Shown: positions 1-9,476, numbered from the stretch's first letter. The stretch: DNA of 64,000 nucleotides from Oscillospiraceae bacterium (GCA_902781745.1 CACZKM010000006.1:19192-83191), one strand, 5' to 3'. Numbers and translations are program-made. Notes: generated by a model from the letters alone, not told the origin.

Positions 1-858
1 ATGCTCCTCCAGCCGCCGGCACTTTCCCTCGGAGTACCGCTGGATGAGCTCGTCGGCGAAGGCCACGGCGGGAGAGCAGTGGTAGCGGAAATCCCCGCCG
101 CCGTGGTAGAAGCAGAGGTTCAGGTGGGCGGCCACCAGCACATGGAAGGTGGTCACCGGGGCAGCGGGAGACCGCCAGACGCCCTGGACCGAGTAGTTCC
201 CCGGGGTGCTCACGCTGCCCAACCAGAACCCGGCCACTCGACCCTCCAGCAAAAAGGCCAGGGAGAGCTCCGGGCGCATCCGGGTCCGGTTCCGGGGATG
301 GACGTACCAGGGGACCTCCGGGTCGGCGTACAGGGCCTCTATCTGCTCCCGGGTCAGGTCGGTGAAGGGCACCACGCTCTCCGGGGGCCGGTATTTGGCG
401 GTGAACGCCCGGCCCAGCAGGGCAGAGTCCCGGAACTGGGCGCTGTCCATGGTGTACACCGGGCGGACGTAAGCCGGGTCCCCGCCCATCTTCCGGGCCA
501 CCCGGTCCATGGCCGTCAGCTCCGGCCCCGCCAGGATGTAGGAGAGCTTCAGGGTGTGCGCCCCGGCCTCCGCGGCCACCGCCGCCGCCAGGCGCAGCAG
601 TTGGGTGGCGATCCCCTGCCCCCGGACCTCCGGGTCCACGAACAGGCTGTCCGCCAGGACCTGGCCGGGGGTCTCCCGGTCGAAGGACACCGCCGCCGCC
701 GCCAGGGCGTACTGCCCGAAGGCCGCCCCCAGACCCAGGAACCGCTCCGGCTCCAACCGGGCCTGGACGGGGATGTGGGGCAGCAGATAGGACTCATAGG
801 GCCCCGGCCTGGCCGGGTCAAAGGTGCAAAAGATCACATCAGAGGCTGCCTCCGCCAT
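1..858 (-). CDS. GNAT-family N-acetyltransferase (runs off window edge; absent from ORF track)
   Basis: Hand translation from ATG 858 (RBS GAGGAGG upstream): MAEAASDVIFCTFDP...SLFVDPEVRGQGIATQLL, the GNAT motif A acetyl-CoA-binding signature; frame open to position 1. Confidence 0.8.
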   Translation of the reverse strand, partial: MAEAASDVIFCTFDPARPGPYESYLLPHIPVQARLEPERFLGLGAAFGQYALAAAAVSFDRETPGQVLADSLFVDPEVRGQGIATQLLRLAAAVAAEAGAHTLKLSYILAGPELTAMDRVARKMGGDPAYVRPVYTMDSAQFRDSALLGRAFTAKYRPPESVVPFTDLTREQIEALYADPEVPWYVHPRNRTRMRPELSLAFLLEGRVAGFWLGSVSTPGNYSVQGVWRSPAAPVTTFHVLVAAHLNLCFYHGGGDFRYHCSPAVAFADELIQRYSEGKCRRLEEH

Positions 859-900
859 CGTATGTCCCCCTCCTCAGTTCCCGCCCCTGAGGACAGTCGC

Positions 901-1710
901 TCAGTCATCGTCGTCATCCAGGATAAGCCTCGATTCCATGACCTCCCGCCTTGCCCGGTCCTGGGACGAACCCATGCCCATCCAGCGCCTGGTATCGCCG
1001 ACGCGATTCTTTGCCAATCGCCGGGCCTGGGCCTCCTCTGCCGTGAGTGCGATTTCATCTCTCATGCGTCTGCCGCTCTCAATGTTGAATCTGCGCTTCC
1101 AGTTATTACGCGCATCGCTCCAGGTATCTCTCTCATAGATGAGCTCCGGCCCGGCCAAAGGGGAGCGCTGCGGCTCCTGGTTCCCGCCCCGCTTGGCCTG
1201 CATGGGCCCGGCGGCGGGGGCGGCGGAGGCCATGGTCAGGGGCGCTGCGGCTCCCCCATAGATCTGCTCCCCGGCGGCGGCCATAGCCCCCTCCCGGTCG
1301 GCCCGGGCCTCCAGGGAGGCATTGGCCAGGAAACCCTGGCCGGTGACCTGGCCGGACCGCTGGCTCATGACGTGGCTGAGCTCATGGCCCAAGCGCTCCT
1401 GGCCGGACCGAGTGGAGAAGTCGGTCTTGCCGGGAGCAAAAGCGATCTCATTCCCTTGAGCGATGGCCTCGGCTCCCGCGTCCGCCACCGCCTGGCTCTG
1501 GTAGAGCTTCACGGCGGACAGGTCCCCGAAGGCGTGCTCCATCTTGGCCTTCACAGCCCCGTCCAGATCGAAGGAGGTCCCCTTCATGGCGGCGGTGGGC
1601 TTGGCCTGACCGGAAATCAAAGCATTCATGTCCGGGCCGGGGGCGGTGGCGGGCTCCGGCGTCATATTCTTCGCCTGGGGGCGTTTGTGCTGTTCGTAGA
1701 GATACGACAT
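901..1710 (-). CDS. DUF4157 (eCIS-core) domain protein with short charged C-terminal extension
   Basis: KMEHAFGDLSAVKL...AEAIAQGNEIAFAPG...LGHELSHV...LEARAD matches the DUF4157 HExxH pattern; RBS AAGGAG. Confidence 0.85.
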   Translation of the reverse strand: MSYLYEQHKRPQAKNMTPEPATAPGPDMNALISGQAKPTAAMKGTSFDLDGAVKAKMEHAFGDLSAVKLYQSQAVADAGAEAIAQGNEIAFAPGKTDFSTRSGQERLGHELSHVMSQRSGQVTGQGFLANASLEARADREGAMAAAGEQIYGGAAAPLTMASAAPAAGPMQAKRGGNQEPQRSPLAGPELIYERDTWSDARNNWKRRFNIESGRRMRDEIALTAEEAQARRLAKNRVGDTRRWMGMGSSQDRARREVMESRLILDDDDD

Positions 1711-1729
1711 ACGATACTCCTTTCCTCTC

Positions 1730-2039
1730 CTTCGGCCATGAAAATGGCCGAAGCAGGTACCTTGTCAGGATTTCATGGCCGGAGTCATCGCCGGGGAGGG
1801 CGTCTTCCGGACCGTTCACTTCTTCTTTTTCTTCTTCCCCAGGGCGATTTGCCGGCCCTGGGGGATATAACCTGTAGCTGGGGAGCGGTCGGGTCTAGAC
1901 GTCGGGAGACGCCTGCTCTGCGCGGCACAGGTATTACGCATGATTCCGGTCTCTTTACCTCTTCGGCCACAAAGGGCGCTGCCGCCCCCGCTGATACTTA
2001 TTTGGTTTTATTGTAACACGCTATTTTATCCCTGGTAAA
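1730..2039 (-). promoter_or_regulatory. sigma-A-like promoter plus ~300-nt structured 5' leader of the DUF4157 gene
   Basis: TTTACC-N18-(TGT)TACAAT at 2039-2010; five nested stems between 1969 and 1745. Confidence 0.55.
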
Positions 2040-2163
2040 GGCTTTTTCTGTCATTTCGGGGATTTTCGTGCTGTTTTTGCCGCGAAAGGGACGGTCCCGG
2101 CACAGCGTGTGCCGCGCCTCTTTTTTCGAAAAAGCTCTCCCGCGAATCCCCCCTCCCCTCCCA

Positions 2164-2310
2164 CCCTTCGCCACACTGATTTTCGGTCAATCCCGTCCTT
2201 CCCGCCGAAGGGCAGCCCACCGTCGGGAAGTTTGGGGAAAGGTCCCCTCTTTCCCCATGCACCCTCCGACAGCCTTTTTCTCCCTCTCCCGGTATAATCC
2301 TCCATACATC
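2164..2310 (+). repeat. Copy 1 of a 147-bp direct repeat (duplicated spoIIE promoter region)
   Basis: Aligns ungapped to 4052-4198 with 12 mismatches counted by eye. Confidence 0.95.
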
Positions 2311-2311
2311 C

Positions 2312-2422
2312 GTCTCCAACGTCAACGGCACCATCGACAAGATCTATGCTGCCCCCGGCGAGCGGGTCAACACCGAGGACCTGCTGATCTCCTTTGTCCT
2401 GGACGAGGAAGAGGAGAAGTGA
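2312..2422 (+). pseudogene. 3' fragment of a biotinyl/lipoyl-domain gene (pyruvate carboxylase-like C-terminus)
   Basis: VSNVNGTIDKIYAAPGERVNTEDLLISFVLDEEEEK* fits the biotinyl-domain tail pattern (GxIxxIxxxxGxxVxxxDLL); no start codon; coding-type codon usage; followed by a terminator. Confidence 0.7.
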
Positions 2423-2458
2423 GCAGCCCCTTGATCCTGAACCGAATATAACATCAAT

Positions 2459-2493
2459 CAGGACCCTCCCGAGTATGGGAGGGTCCTGGTTTT
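2459..2493. terminator. Intrinsic terminator between convergent genes
   Basis: CAGGACCCTCCC-N6-GGGAGGGTCCTG followed by GTTTT. Confidence 0.75.
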
Positions 2494-2542
2494 CGTCTTG
2501 GTTCCTCGCGCTCCTGTGCAAACCGCCGCTCAGAGGAAAGAT

Positions 2543-3907
2543 TCAGTTTGCCTGCAGCTCATAATGCCAGGTATAGCTGCCAGCTTCGCAGTTGAAGGAG
2601 AAATCCATCTTCGCGCCGACCGATTTGCTGTCCGGCGTCTTATAGTAGTAAGTATCAGAAAGATCAACGTTTCTGTTCGTATACGGGCCGCCGGCGTCGG
2701 TCCCCACCTTCAAGCTGGACTCCCCTTTGGAATTCTTAAAGGAGGTATATGTGTCAACTCTGATCCACAACTCTCCGATGTGAACGGAGTTTATTCCATC
2801 GTTTTTCCAGGCATAGTTTTCGATGAGCAGATTCATCTTCAGCCCCAGGGTGGATCCCGCGGGGATGGAATCAGGGGCTACCTGACAGGAATAGGTCCCG
2901 TCGCAGAGGCCGTATTTCCCGTTGAAATTATACCCGCCGGTTCTCTTGAATTTTACCATACCGCCCACAACGCCCAGATAGGTATAGTCGATGGTACTGT
3001 ATTCATTGTCGGTCTCATTCAGCTTGTATTCGGTCTTTTTCAGCACCCAGCGGTAAGTCTTGGACTGCTGCGGGGCGGTGAGGCCCACCGTCTTGGTGGA
3101 GCCGTCCCAGCTCACCGTGTACCCGAAATACTCCGCCAGATAGCGAATAGGGGCGTAGGTCCGGCTTTTGACGATGACGGCTGCCGTGTCCATCGTGCCG
3201 TAGGAGCCGGTTTCCGTCCGATACCGGGTGCTGTCGATGGGGAAATAGATCGTCTTCGTGCCGTTGGTGAAGATCGCTTCCCGCGAAGTGCCGTTCCAGT
3301 CTACCTGCAGTCCCAACGCCTCGCCGACGGCCCGGAGGGGCACCATGGTGCGGCTGTTTTTGTCAATGAACGGTTCCGCATCCGTCCACTGGACAGGGGT
3401 GCCGGAGACATTGACGTTGATCTTGCTCCGCGTGGAGCTTCCGCTCGTGCTGGTTTTCCCGCGGATCTCCACAAAGCCCGCATCGTCCGCCTGGCTGTTG
3501 GTGCTCCAGGTATTGTTGTCGGAATCCACGATGTAATACCTTGTTCCGGCCTTCAGCACAACATTGGGAAACACGTCCCAGTACACGTTGCTATTACCCG
3601 AGCCGCTGCGGCCCACGGCTTTCCAGGTCCCGATGAGATGATCGTCCCAGTCATAGATGCTGATGGTACCGGGGGTTGCTCCCCGCCCGTTGTTCCAGTG
3701 ATAGGTGGTAACGGCCTGAATCAGGTAATCATGGCCCTGCAACGTAAAGTCCGGAAAGTACTCGGGCCCGTTAGAGACCCCGGAACTATTGAAGTTTGAC
3801 CAGATCGTTGGATAGTCGTTTACCGTCGCCGCCTGCGCCGGGGACGCGGGAATCAGGGATAAAACGAGTACCAGGGTAATCAGCAAAGCAAAGAAGCGTT
3901 TTTTCAT
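2543..3907 (-). CDS. Secreted protein with central copper-amine-oxidase N-terminal (stalk) domain
   Basis: Signal peptide MKKRFFALL...AQA; PFIDKNSRTMVPLRAVGEALG and RTYAPIRYLAEYFG motifs; RBS GGAGGA; more AT-rich than neighbours. Confidence 0.85.
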   Translation of the reverse strand: MKKRFFALLITLVLVLSLIPASPAQAATVNDYPTIWSNFNSSGVSNGPEYFPDFTLQGHDYLIQAVTTYHWNNGRGATPGTISIYDWDDHLIGTWKAVGRSGSGNSNVYWDVFPNVVLKAGTRYYIVDSDNNTWSTNSQADDAGFVEIRGKTSTSGSSTRSKINVNVSGTPVQWTDAEPFIDKNSRTMVPLRAVGEALGLQVDWNGTSREAIFTNGTKTIYFPIDSTRYRTETGSYGTMDTAAVIVKSRTYAPIRYLAEYFGYTVSWDGSTKTVGLTAPQQSKTYRWVLKKTEYKLNETDNEYSTIDYTYLGVVGGMVKFKRTGGYNFNGKYGLCDGTYSCQVAPDSIPAGSTLGLKMNLLIENYAWKNDGINSVHIGELWIRVDTYTSFKNSKGESSLKVGTDAGGPYTNRNVDLSDTYYYKTPDSKSVGAKMDFSFNCEAGSYTWHYELQAN

Positions 3908-4051
3908 GACTGTCTCCTCCTTTCGGTGTTTCATGTTAAGCGATACTTCCTACAGGATTTGTGTGATCATTCCTGCATTTGTAATAATTATATACTTTGT
4001 CCCGAACTATGACAAGGTTTTTTTCTCCCGTGATTCCGCCGCCTCCCGCAG

Positions 4052-4198
4052 CCCTTCGCCACACTGATTTTCGGTCAAACCCTCCCTTCCCGGCGAAGGG
4101 CCGTCCTCCGGCGGGAAGTTTGGGGAAAGGCCCCCTCTTTCCCCATGCATCCTCCGACAGCCTTTTTCTCCCTCTCCCGGTATAATCCTTCACACATC
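4052..4198 (+). promoter_or_regulatory. Spo0A-type spoIIE promoter (copy 2 of the 147-bp repeat)
   Basis: 0A box TTCGCCA (reverse complement of TGNCGAA) at 4055-4061; near-box TCCGACA at 4153-4159 lying 21 bp before TATAAT 4181-4186, the over-long spacing known for Spo0A-activated spoII promoters. Confidence 0.65.
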
Positions 4199-4240
4199 GA
4201 ACCGAACCCAAACCATTCGGAACACGAAGGGGAGAACGCC

Positions 4241-6547
4241 ATGATCACCAAGGGGAAAACCAGAGGAAACCGTCTGGACCGGCCGCCGGACTTCACCACG
4301 CTCCGCCGCCCGCTTCTGCGCTGGCTGGATGCCGGGGTGGGCTTCTGCCTGGGGGGCGTGCTGGCGGGGGCAGAGCTTTTCGGCCTCTACGCCCCCTTCG
4401 GCGTGGCGGCGGTGGCGGCGGCGGGGTCGGGGATCACCGGCTTTGCCGCCACCCTGGGGGCCTGCCTGGGCTACCTCTGCCTGGAGGGGATGACCGACGG
4501 GATGCGCTACGCCGCCTCGGCCATCCTCACCTACTCCGTGGCCTTTGCCTTTTACGACACCCGGGTCTACCGCCTGCCCTGGTTCATGCCCGCCGTGGCC
4601 ATGACCCTCTCCGCCATGACAGGGATCGTCTGCCGGGGCGGCCAGGGGTGGTACGGCCAGGACCTGGTGTACTTCGTCACGGAGATCCTCCTCACCGGGG
4701 CGGCTGCGGCCTGCTACGGGGTGATCTTCGCCCGGTGGCCCCAGCACCCGTCGGACTTCCGCCTCCTCACCCCCCGGCAGTGGGCGGGGGTACTGATGCT
4801 GGGGGCCACAGTCCTCATGGCCCTGGGACGGGTGGAGCTTCTGCGGACGTTCTCCCTGGGCCGCTTGCTGGCGGCAGTGGCCGTGATGACCGCCGCCCGG
4901 CAGGGCGTGTCCGCCGGGGGCCTCACCGGGGCCTGCGCCGGGGTGGCCCTGGACCTGGCTTCCGGAGGGACCCCGGGCTGCTCCCTCCTCTACCCCCTGG
5001 CGGGGGTGGTCTGCGGCCTGTGCCACCAGAAGAAAAAGCTCCCCGCCGCCCTGGCCTACTGCGCCGCCGCCTTTCTGGCCATCCTGTGGATCCGGGAGGA
5101 CCGCAGCGGCTTCGGCATGGCCATGGAGACGGTGATGGGGGCGGTCCTTTTTCTCCTCCTCCCCCTCTCCCCCTGGGACCTGGCCCAGGACAGGGCCGCC
5201 CTGGCCGCCGGAAGGGATAACCCGGGGCCGGCGGTCCCCGCCGGGGCGTGGCAGGCCGCCGCCGGGGCCTTCCACGCCCTCCGGGAGGTCATGGAGAGCG
5301 CCCTCCGGCCGGACCTCCCCCTGCCCCCGGAGAACCCCGCCGCCCTCTTCACCCGGGCCGCCGACCAGGTGTGCGCCCGGTGCGTCCTCCGGCAGACCTG
5401 CTGGCAGAAGGACTACGAGAGCACCAAGACCGTCCTCACCGAGGCCACCGGCCCCGCCATGGCCCGGGGCCGTGCCCTGGCCACGGACTTTGCCGGCCAC
5501 TTCTCCGCCCGGTGCGTCCACTTCCCCGCCTTTCTGGGGGAGGTCAACCGCCAGCTCACCGCCTTTCTCCGCCGGCGGCAGACCCTGTGGCAGACCCGGC
5601 AGACCCGGCGCACCCTCCTTCTCCAATACGCCCGGCTGGACGCCCTCCTGGACCGGGCCGCCCGGACTGCCGCCGCCCGGGTCCCCGACGGTCCCCGGCA
5701 GGAGGCCCTGACGGCCTGGCTGTGGGGCAAGGACCTGACCGGCGGGGCGGTGTACCGGGATGAAAACGACCGTCTCCGGGTGGAGATCCCCTATGACGAA
5801 GCCCTCACCGGCAAGGCCGTCCGGCGGGAGCTCTCCGCCCTGCTGGACGCCCCCCTGGCCGACCCCGTCCCCCTGGGGGACCGGCTCCACTTCCCCCAGG
5901 CGCCGCCCCTCCGGGCCCTTCCCGCCCTGGCCTCCGCCCCCCGGAAGGGGGAGACCGTCAGCGGGGACACGGCGGGGTGGTTCCGCCGGGGGGACGGCAC
6001 CCTCTTCCTCCTCCTCTGCGACGGCATGGGCAGCGGCCCCGAGGCCCAGCGGGAGAGCCGCCAGAGCTATACCCTCATCCGCCGGTTCCTGGAGGCGGGG
6101 ATGGACCCTGCCCAGGCCCTGGAGACCGTCTCCTCCGCCCTGTCCCTCCGGGGGATCGAGGGAGGGACCACCTCGGTGGACCTTCTCTGCCTGGACCCCT
6201 ACGCCGGGACGGGGGCCATCTACAAGCAGGGGGCCGCTCCCAGCTACCTCCGCCAGGAGGACAGGCTCCGGTGCGCTGTGGGGTCCTCCCTTCCCGCGGG
6301 CCTGACCGGCGGGGAGGCCCCTGCCCCCCACACCTTCCGGGCCGGGCCGGGGACCCTGGCGGTGCTGGTCTCCGACGGGATCGCCTGCGGGAAGGGGGAC
6401 GGCTGGCTCCGGGCCCTGCTCAGCGACAGCGCCGGGTCCGACCCCCAAAAGCTGGCTGACGCCATCCTCCAGATCAGCCGCCGGGAGACCGGCGGGGAGG
6501 ACGATGGCACGGTGATGGTCCTCTCCCTAACGGAGGCGGCAGACTGA
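4241..6547 (+). CDS. spoIIE: Stage II sporulation protein E-like membrane PP2C phosphatase
   Basis: Multiple N-terminal TM helices (LYAPFGVA), CxxCxxxxxCW central motif, C-terminal SGD / CDGMGSG / SDG / DD PP2C motifs. Confidence 0.85.
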   Translation: MITKGKTRGNRLDRPPDFTTLRRPLLRWLDAGVGFCLGGVLAGAELFGLYAPFGVAAVAAAGSGITGFAATLGACLGYLCLEGMTDGMRYAASAILTYSVAFAFYDTRVYRLPWFMPAVAMTLSAMTGIVCRGGQGWYGQDLVYFVTEILLTGAAAACYGVIFARWPQHPSDFRLLTPRQWAGVLMLGATVLMALGRVELLRTFSLGRLLAAVAVMTAARQGVSAGGLTGACAGVALDLASGGTPGCSLLYPLAGVVCGLCHQKKKLPAALAYCAAAFLAILWIREDRSGFGMAMETVMGAVLFLLLPLSPWDLAQDRAALAAGRDNPGPAVPAGAWQAAAGAFHALREVMESALRPDLPLPPENPAALFTRAADQVCARCVLRQTCWQKDYESTKTVLTEATGPAMARGRALATDFAGHFSARCVHFPAFLGEVNRQLTAFLRRRQTLWQTRQTRRTLLLQYARLDALLDRAARTAAARVPDGPRQEALTAWLWGKDLTGGAVYRDENDRLRVEIPYDEALTGKAVRRELSALLDAPLADPVPLGDRLHFPQAPPLRALPALASAPRKGETVSGDTAGWFRRGDGTLFLLLCDGMGSGPEAQRESRQSYTLIRRFLEAGMDPAQALETVSSALSLRGIEGGTTSVDLLCLDPYAGTGAIYKQGAAPSYLRQEDRLRCAVGSSLPAGLTGGEAPAPHTFRAGPGTLAVLVSDGIACGKGDGWLRALLSDSAGSDPQKLADAILQISRRETGGEDDGTVMVLSLTEAAD

Positions 6548-6643
6548 CAGTCGGAGGCCCTGGTCTGGGGGAAGATATGCCTTGACCCCGTCGGTGGATG
6601 ACGGTATAATAGAGAAGAAGAATTCTGCGAGGAGTGTGATACC

Positions 6644-7246
6644 ATGGCTTTGGCGCAAGAAAAAAAGCTGTCTTACACCTACGGCGATATGCTGGACTGG
6701 GACACCGACATCCGTTACGAGCTCTACGACGGTTTCCCCGTGGCCCTGGCCTCCCCGTCGGATGTGCACCAGGAGATCGTCTTTGAGCTTGGCGGGCAAC
6801 TGCGGGATTACCTGAAGGACAAGCCTTGCAAGGCATATCCCGCCCCCTTTGACGTCCGCCTCTTTGAGCGGAAGGGCGACACCCCGGACGACGTGGACAC
6901 CGTGGTCCAGCCCGACCTAATGGTGGTCTGCGACAAGAGCAAGGTGGACCGCCGGGGCGTCCACGGGGCCCCCGACCTCATCATCGAGGTCCTCTCCCCC
7001 AGCTCGGAGCGGTACGATCGGTTCAACAAGCTCAACCTGTACCAGAAGGCCGGGGTCCGGGAGTACTGGATCGTAAACCCCGAGAGCCGTTCGGTCCAGA
7101 CCTTCGTCCTGGAGGACGGCCACTATACCTTCCCGGCCTACGTGGAGGGAGGCGGCGAGCTGGCTGTGACCATCTTCCCCGACTGCGTTATCGACCTCTC
7201 CGCTGTGTTTCCTTCCCAGGAGGAAACCGAAGAAGAAAATGCCTGA
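6644..7246 (+). CDS. Uma2 family PD-(D/E)XK endonuclease
   Basis: YELYDG, VVQPDLMVVCD, GAPDLIIEVLSPS, GVREYWIVNP; own promoter TTGACC-N17-TATAAT 6582-6610; terminator 7253-7283. Confidence 0.92.
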   Translation: MALAQEKKLSYTYGDMLDWDTDIRYELYDGFPVALASPSDVHQEIVFELGGQLRDYLKDKPCKAYPAPFDVRLFERKGDTPDDVDTVVQPDLMVVCDKSKVDRRGVHGAPDLIIEVLSPSSERYDRFNKLNLYQKAGVREYWIVNPESRSVQTFVLEDGHYTFPAYVEGGGELAVTIFPDCVIDLSAVFPSQEETEEENA

Positions 7247-7365
7247 ACCTGACCCCCGCCGAACCCCGGCGGGGGCGTTTTTTGTCTCTCCGTGCCTTGA
7301 CATTTCCTGCCGACAGGGGTAAGGTAAGGGGCAACGCGTTTACGAACTCTCCCCGAGGTGATCTC

Positions 7366-8259
7366 ATGCAGTCGAAAAAAAGCGTCCTCTACATCCTCAT
7401 CACCGCCTTCTGCTTCGGCACCATGGAGGTAGCCCTGAAGATCGGAGGCGCCAGCTTTGCCCCTCTCCAGATGAACTTCCTCCGCTTCCTCATCGGCGGA
7501 CTCATCCTCTTCCCTCTGGCCCTCAAGGACCTGGCCCGAAAGAAGCTGACCCTGACGAAAGGCGACTGGGCCTACCTGACCATGCTGGGCCTGGTGGGGG
7601 TGTGCCTGAGCATGTCCTGCTTCCAGATGGGCGTCATGAACCTCAACGCCAACACCGCCTCGGTGATGATCTCCAGCAATCCGGTGTTCACCATGATCTT
7701 CGCCTACTTCCTCCTGGGGGAGCCCTTTACGAAGCGGAAGGCCCTGGTTCTGGCGCTCTGCGTGGCGGGCCTGGTGCTGGTGGCCAACCCCCTCCACATG
7801 GCGGAAGGCAACTCCGTTAAGGGCCTCATCTACCAGTCCATCGCCCTGGTGACCTTCGCCCTGTTCTCCGCCCTGGGTAAGCTCCGGGTGGCCAAGCTGG
7901 GGGGGCTGGTCCAGAACAGCTTCTCCTTCCTCATCGCCTCCGTGGTGAACCTGGTCATTCTTCTTATCACCGGGAACCCGGTGTTCACGGGCATCAACGC
8001 CCAGTCCCTGCCGGTGCTGCTGTACTGCGGAGTCATCGTCACGGCCCTGGGGTATTACGCCTACGTCACCGCCATCGGTCTGGCTGGGGCCTCCAACGCC
8101 GCCATCGCCTTTTTCCTCAAGCCTGTCATCGCCGTGACAGCAGCGGCCCTGATCCTCAAAGAGCCGGTGACCGCCAACATTGTGGCGGGGGTGGTCCTCA
8201 TCCTTATCGGGTCTTTCCTGAACATGAAAAAGCCCGTCCCCGCGAAGGACAAGGGCTGA
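7366..8259 (+). CDS. DMT/EamA family transporter
   Basis: Ten hydrophobic segments in two EamA repeats (RFLIGG, LLGEPF, ILKEPV); promoter TTGACA-N17-TAAGGT 7297-7325; terminator 8273-8314. Confidence 0.9.
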   Translation: MQSKKSVLYILITAFCFGTMEVALKIGGASFAPLQMNFLRFLIGGLILFPLALKDLARKKLTLTKGDWAYLTMLGLVGVCLSMSCFQMGVMNLNANTASVMISSNPVFTMIFAYFLLGEPFTKRKALVLALCVAGLVLVANPLHMAEGNSVKGLIYQSIALVTFALFSALGKLRVAKLGGLVQNSFSFLIASVVNLVILLITGNPVFTGINAQSLPVLLYCGVIVTALGYYAYVTAIGLAGASNAAIAFFLKPVIAVTAAALILKEPVTANIVAGVVLILIGSFLNMKKPVPAKDKG

Positions 8260-8393
8260 GCCCCAACAACACAGAGAACCCGCCGGTCCTCCCATGACCG
8301 GCGGGTTCTCTTTTCCAGGGGTGACAACCGGGAGCGCGTCTGGTATACTGGTCCCAGAAGAACCCCCACCAACTGTGAAACGGAGGTATCACC

Positions 8394-9476
8394 ATGAAAA
8401 GGAAGCGCATCCTACCTCTGCTCCTGGCCGGGCTCCTGACTCTGGCCCTGTGCGCCTGCGGCGGCGCGCCCGCCGCGGAGGAACCCACGGAGGAGCTCCC
8501 GCCCTTCGCCATGGACGCCGACTTCTCTCCCGAGGAGTCTATGGCTATGTCCAACTTCAACGCCTGCGGCATTGCCATCATCGAGGACAACATATTCTAT
8601 GGACGCTGGCTGGTAGACGGCAGCGACAACTTCCAGCTGGTCCGCATCGACCTGGCCCTGGAGGGCGACTTCCTGGAGCCCGGCGACTGGTCCATCCTCC
8701 ACGAAGACACCTACCCCAACTACATCAACAAAGTAGGCGACACCCTCTACTTCCTCGACCAGGGGGCGGACGGTGACTGCGTGGCCAAGGTGGATGCCGA
8801 CGGCCAAAGCTACACCGTGCTGGTGGAAGACGGCTTCGACTTCCTGTCCCTCCACAACGACCGGCTGTATTTCAGCGACGGCGACCACAACTACTGCTCC
8901 ACCGACCTGGAGGGCGGCGACCGGCAGACTGTTCTGGAGGGCTCCGTCTACGACCCCTATTTCCTCACCGATGACTGGTTCCTCTACCGTGACATGAACG
9001 ACGGCGAAAGTCTCCACCTGTACAACATCGACAACGGACGGAACGAGACCCTCTACGCCGGGAAGACCTCCCCCGCCATCCTGTGGGGCACCGACCTCTT
9101 CTTCGGCATTGCCGACGTGAGCACCGAGGGAGCCTATCACCTGGCTAAGATGGATCTGTCCGCCATCACCACAGACGAGAACGGCGACCCCATCTTCCCC
9201 GAGCCCGAGGTCAGCGAGGAGCTCTTCGGCGGCCAGTTCGCCATGGGCCCGGACGGCTATCTCTACGGCGGCACCAACGGCAACGGCTCCAATCAGGACC
9301 CCTACTGGAAGGAGTTCAAGGACCAGGCCTGGGAGGAGGGCGCCCGGTCTGCGGAGCTCTTCTTCAGTCAGGCCAACGAGATTCGGGACGAGTACGACGA
9401 GGAGGGTCTCATCACCGCCATGTACGTCTACGACAGCAGCACCGGCGGCGGCAACTCCTTCGGGACTCTGAAATAA
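8394..9476 (+). CDS. Acidic lipoprotein, DUF5050-like beta-propeller
   Basis: Lipobox LCAC; repeated 'xGDxLYF' blades; RBS GGAGG. Confidence 0.75.
   Translation: MKRKRILPLLLAGLLTLALCACGGAPAAEEPTEELPPFAMDADFSPEESMAMSNFNACGIAIIEDNIFYGRWLVDGSDNFQLVRIDLALEGDFLEPGDWSILHEDTYPNYINKVGDTLYFLDQGADGDCVAKVDADGQSYTVLVEDGFDFLSLHNDRLYFSDGDHNYCSTDLEGGDRQTVLEGSVYDPYFLTDDWFLYRDMNDGESLHLYNIDNGRNETLYAGKTSPAILWGTDLFFGIADVSTEGAYHLAKMDLSAITTDENGDPIFPEPEVSEELFGGQFAMGPDGYLYGGTNGNGSNQDPYWKEFKDQAWEEGARSAELFFSQANEIRDEYDEEGLITAMYVYDSSTGGGNSFGTLK

Noticed and set aside
1755-1778. TGAAATCCTGACAAGGTAC (minus strand) resembling the start of a c-di-AMP (ydaO) riboswitch
   Set aside because: The downstream GGAGGAACC, GGGG and CCCG..AGCTAAC elements are missing
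1-2016. 671-aa plus-strand ORF and other long antisense ORFs (e.g. 2498-3799, 23909-26431, 27317-31402, 42328-45027, 50204-51847)
   Set aside because: Shadow frames opposite well-supported genes in GC-rich DNA; no motifs or RBS
6644-7246. Uma2 nuclease as part of a restriction or toxin system
   Set aside because: Solitary gene with its own promoter and terminator; no methylase or antitoxin; such genes are commonly scattered
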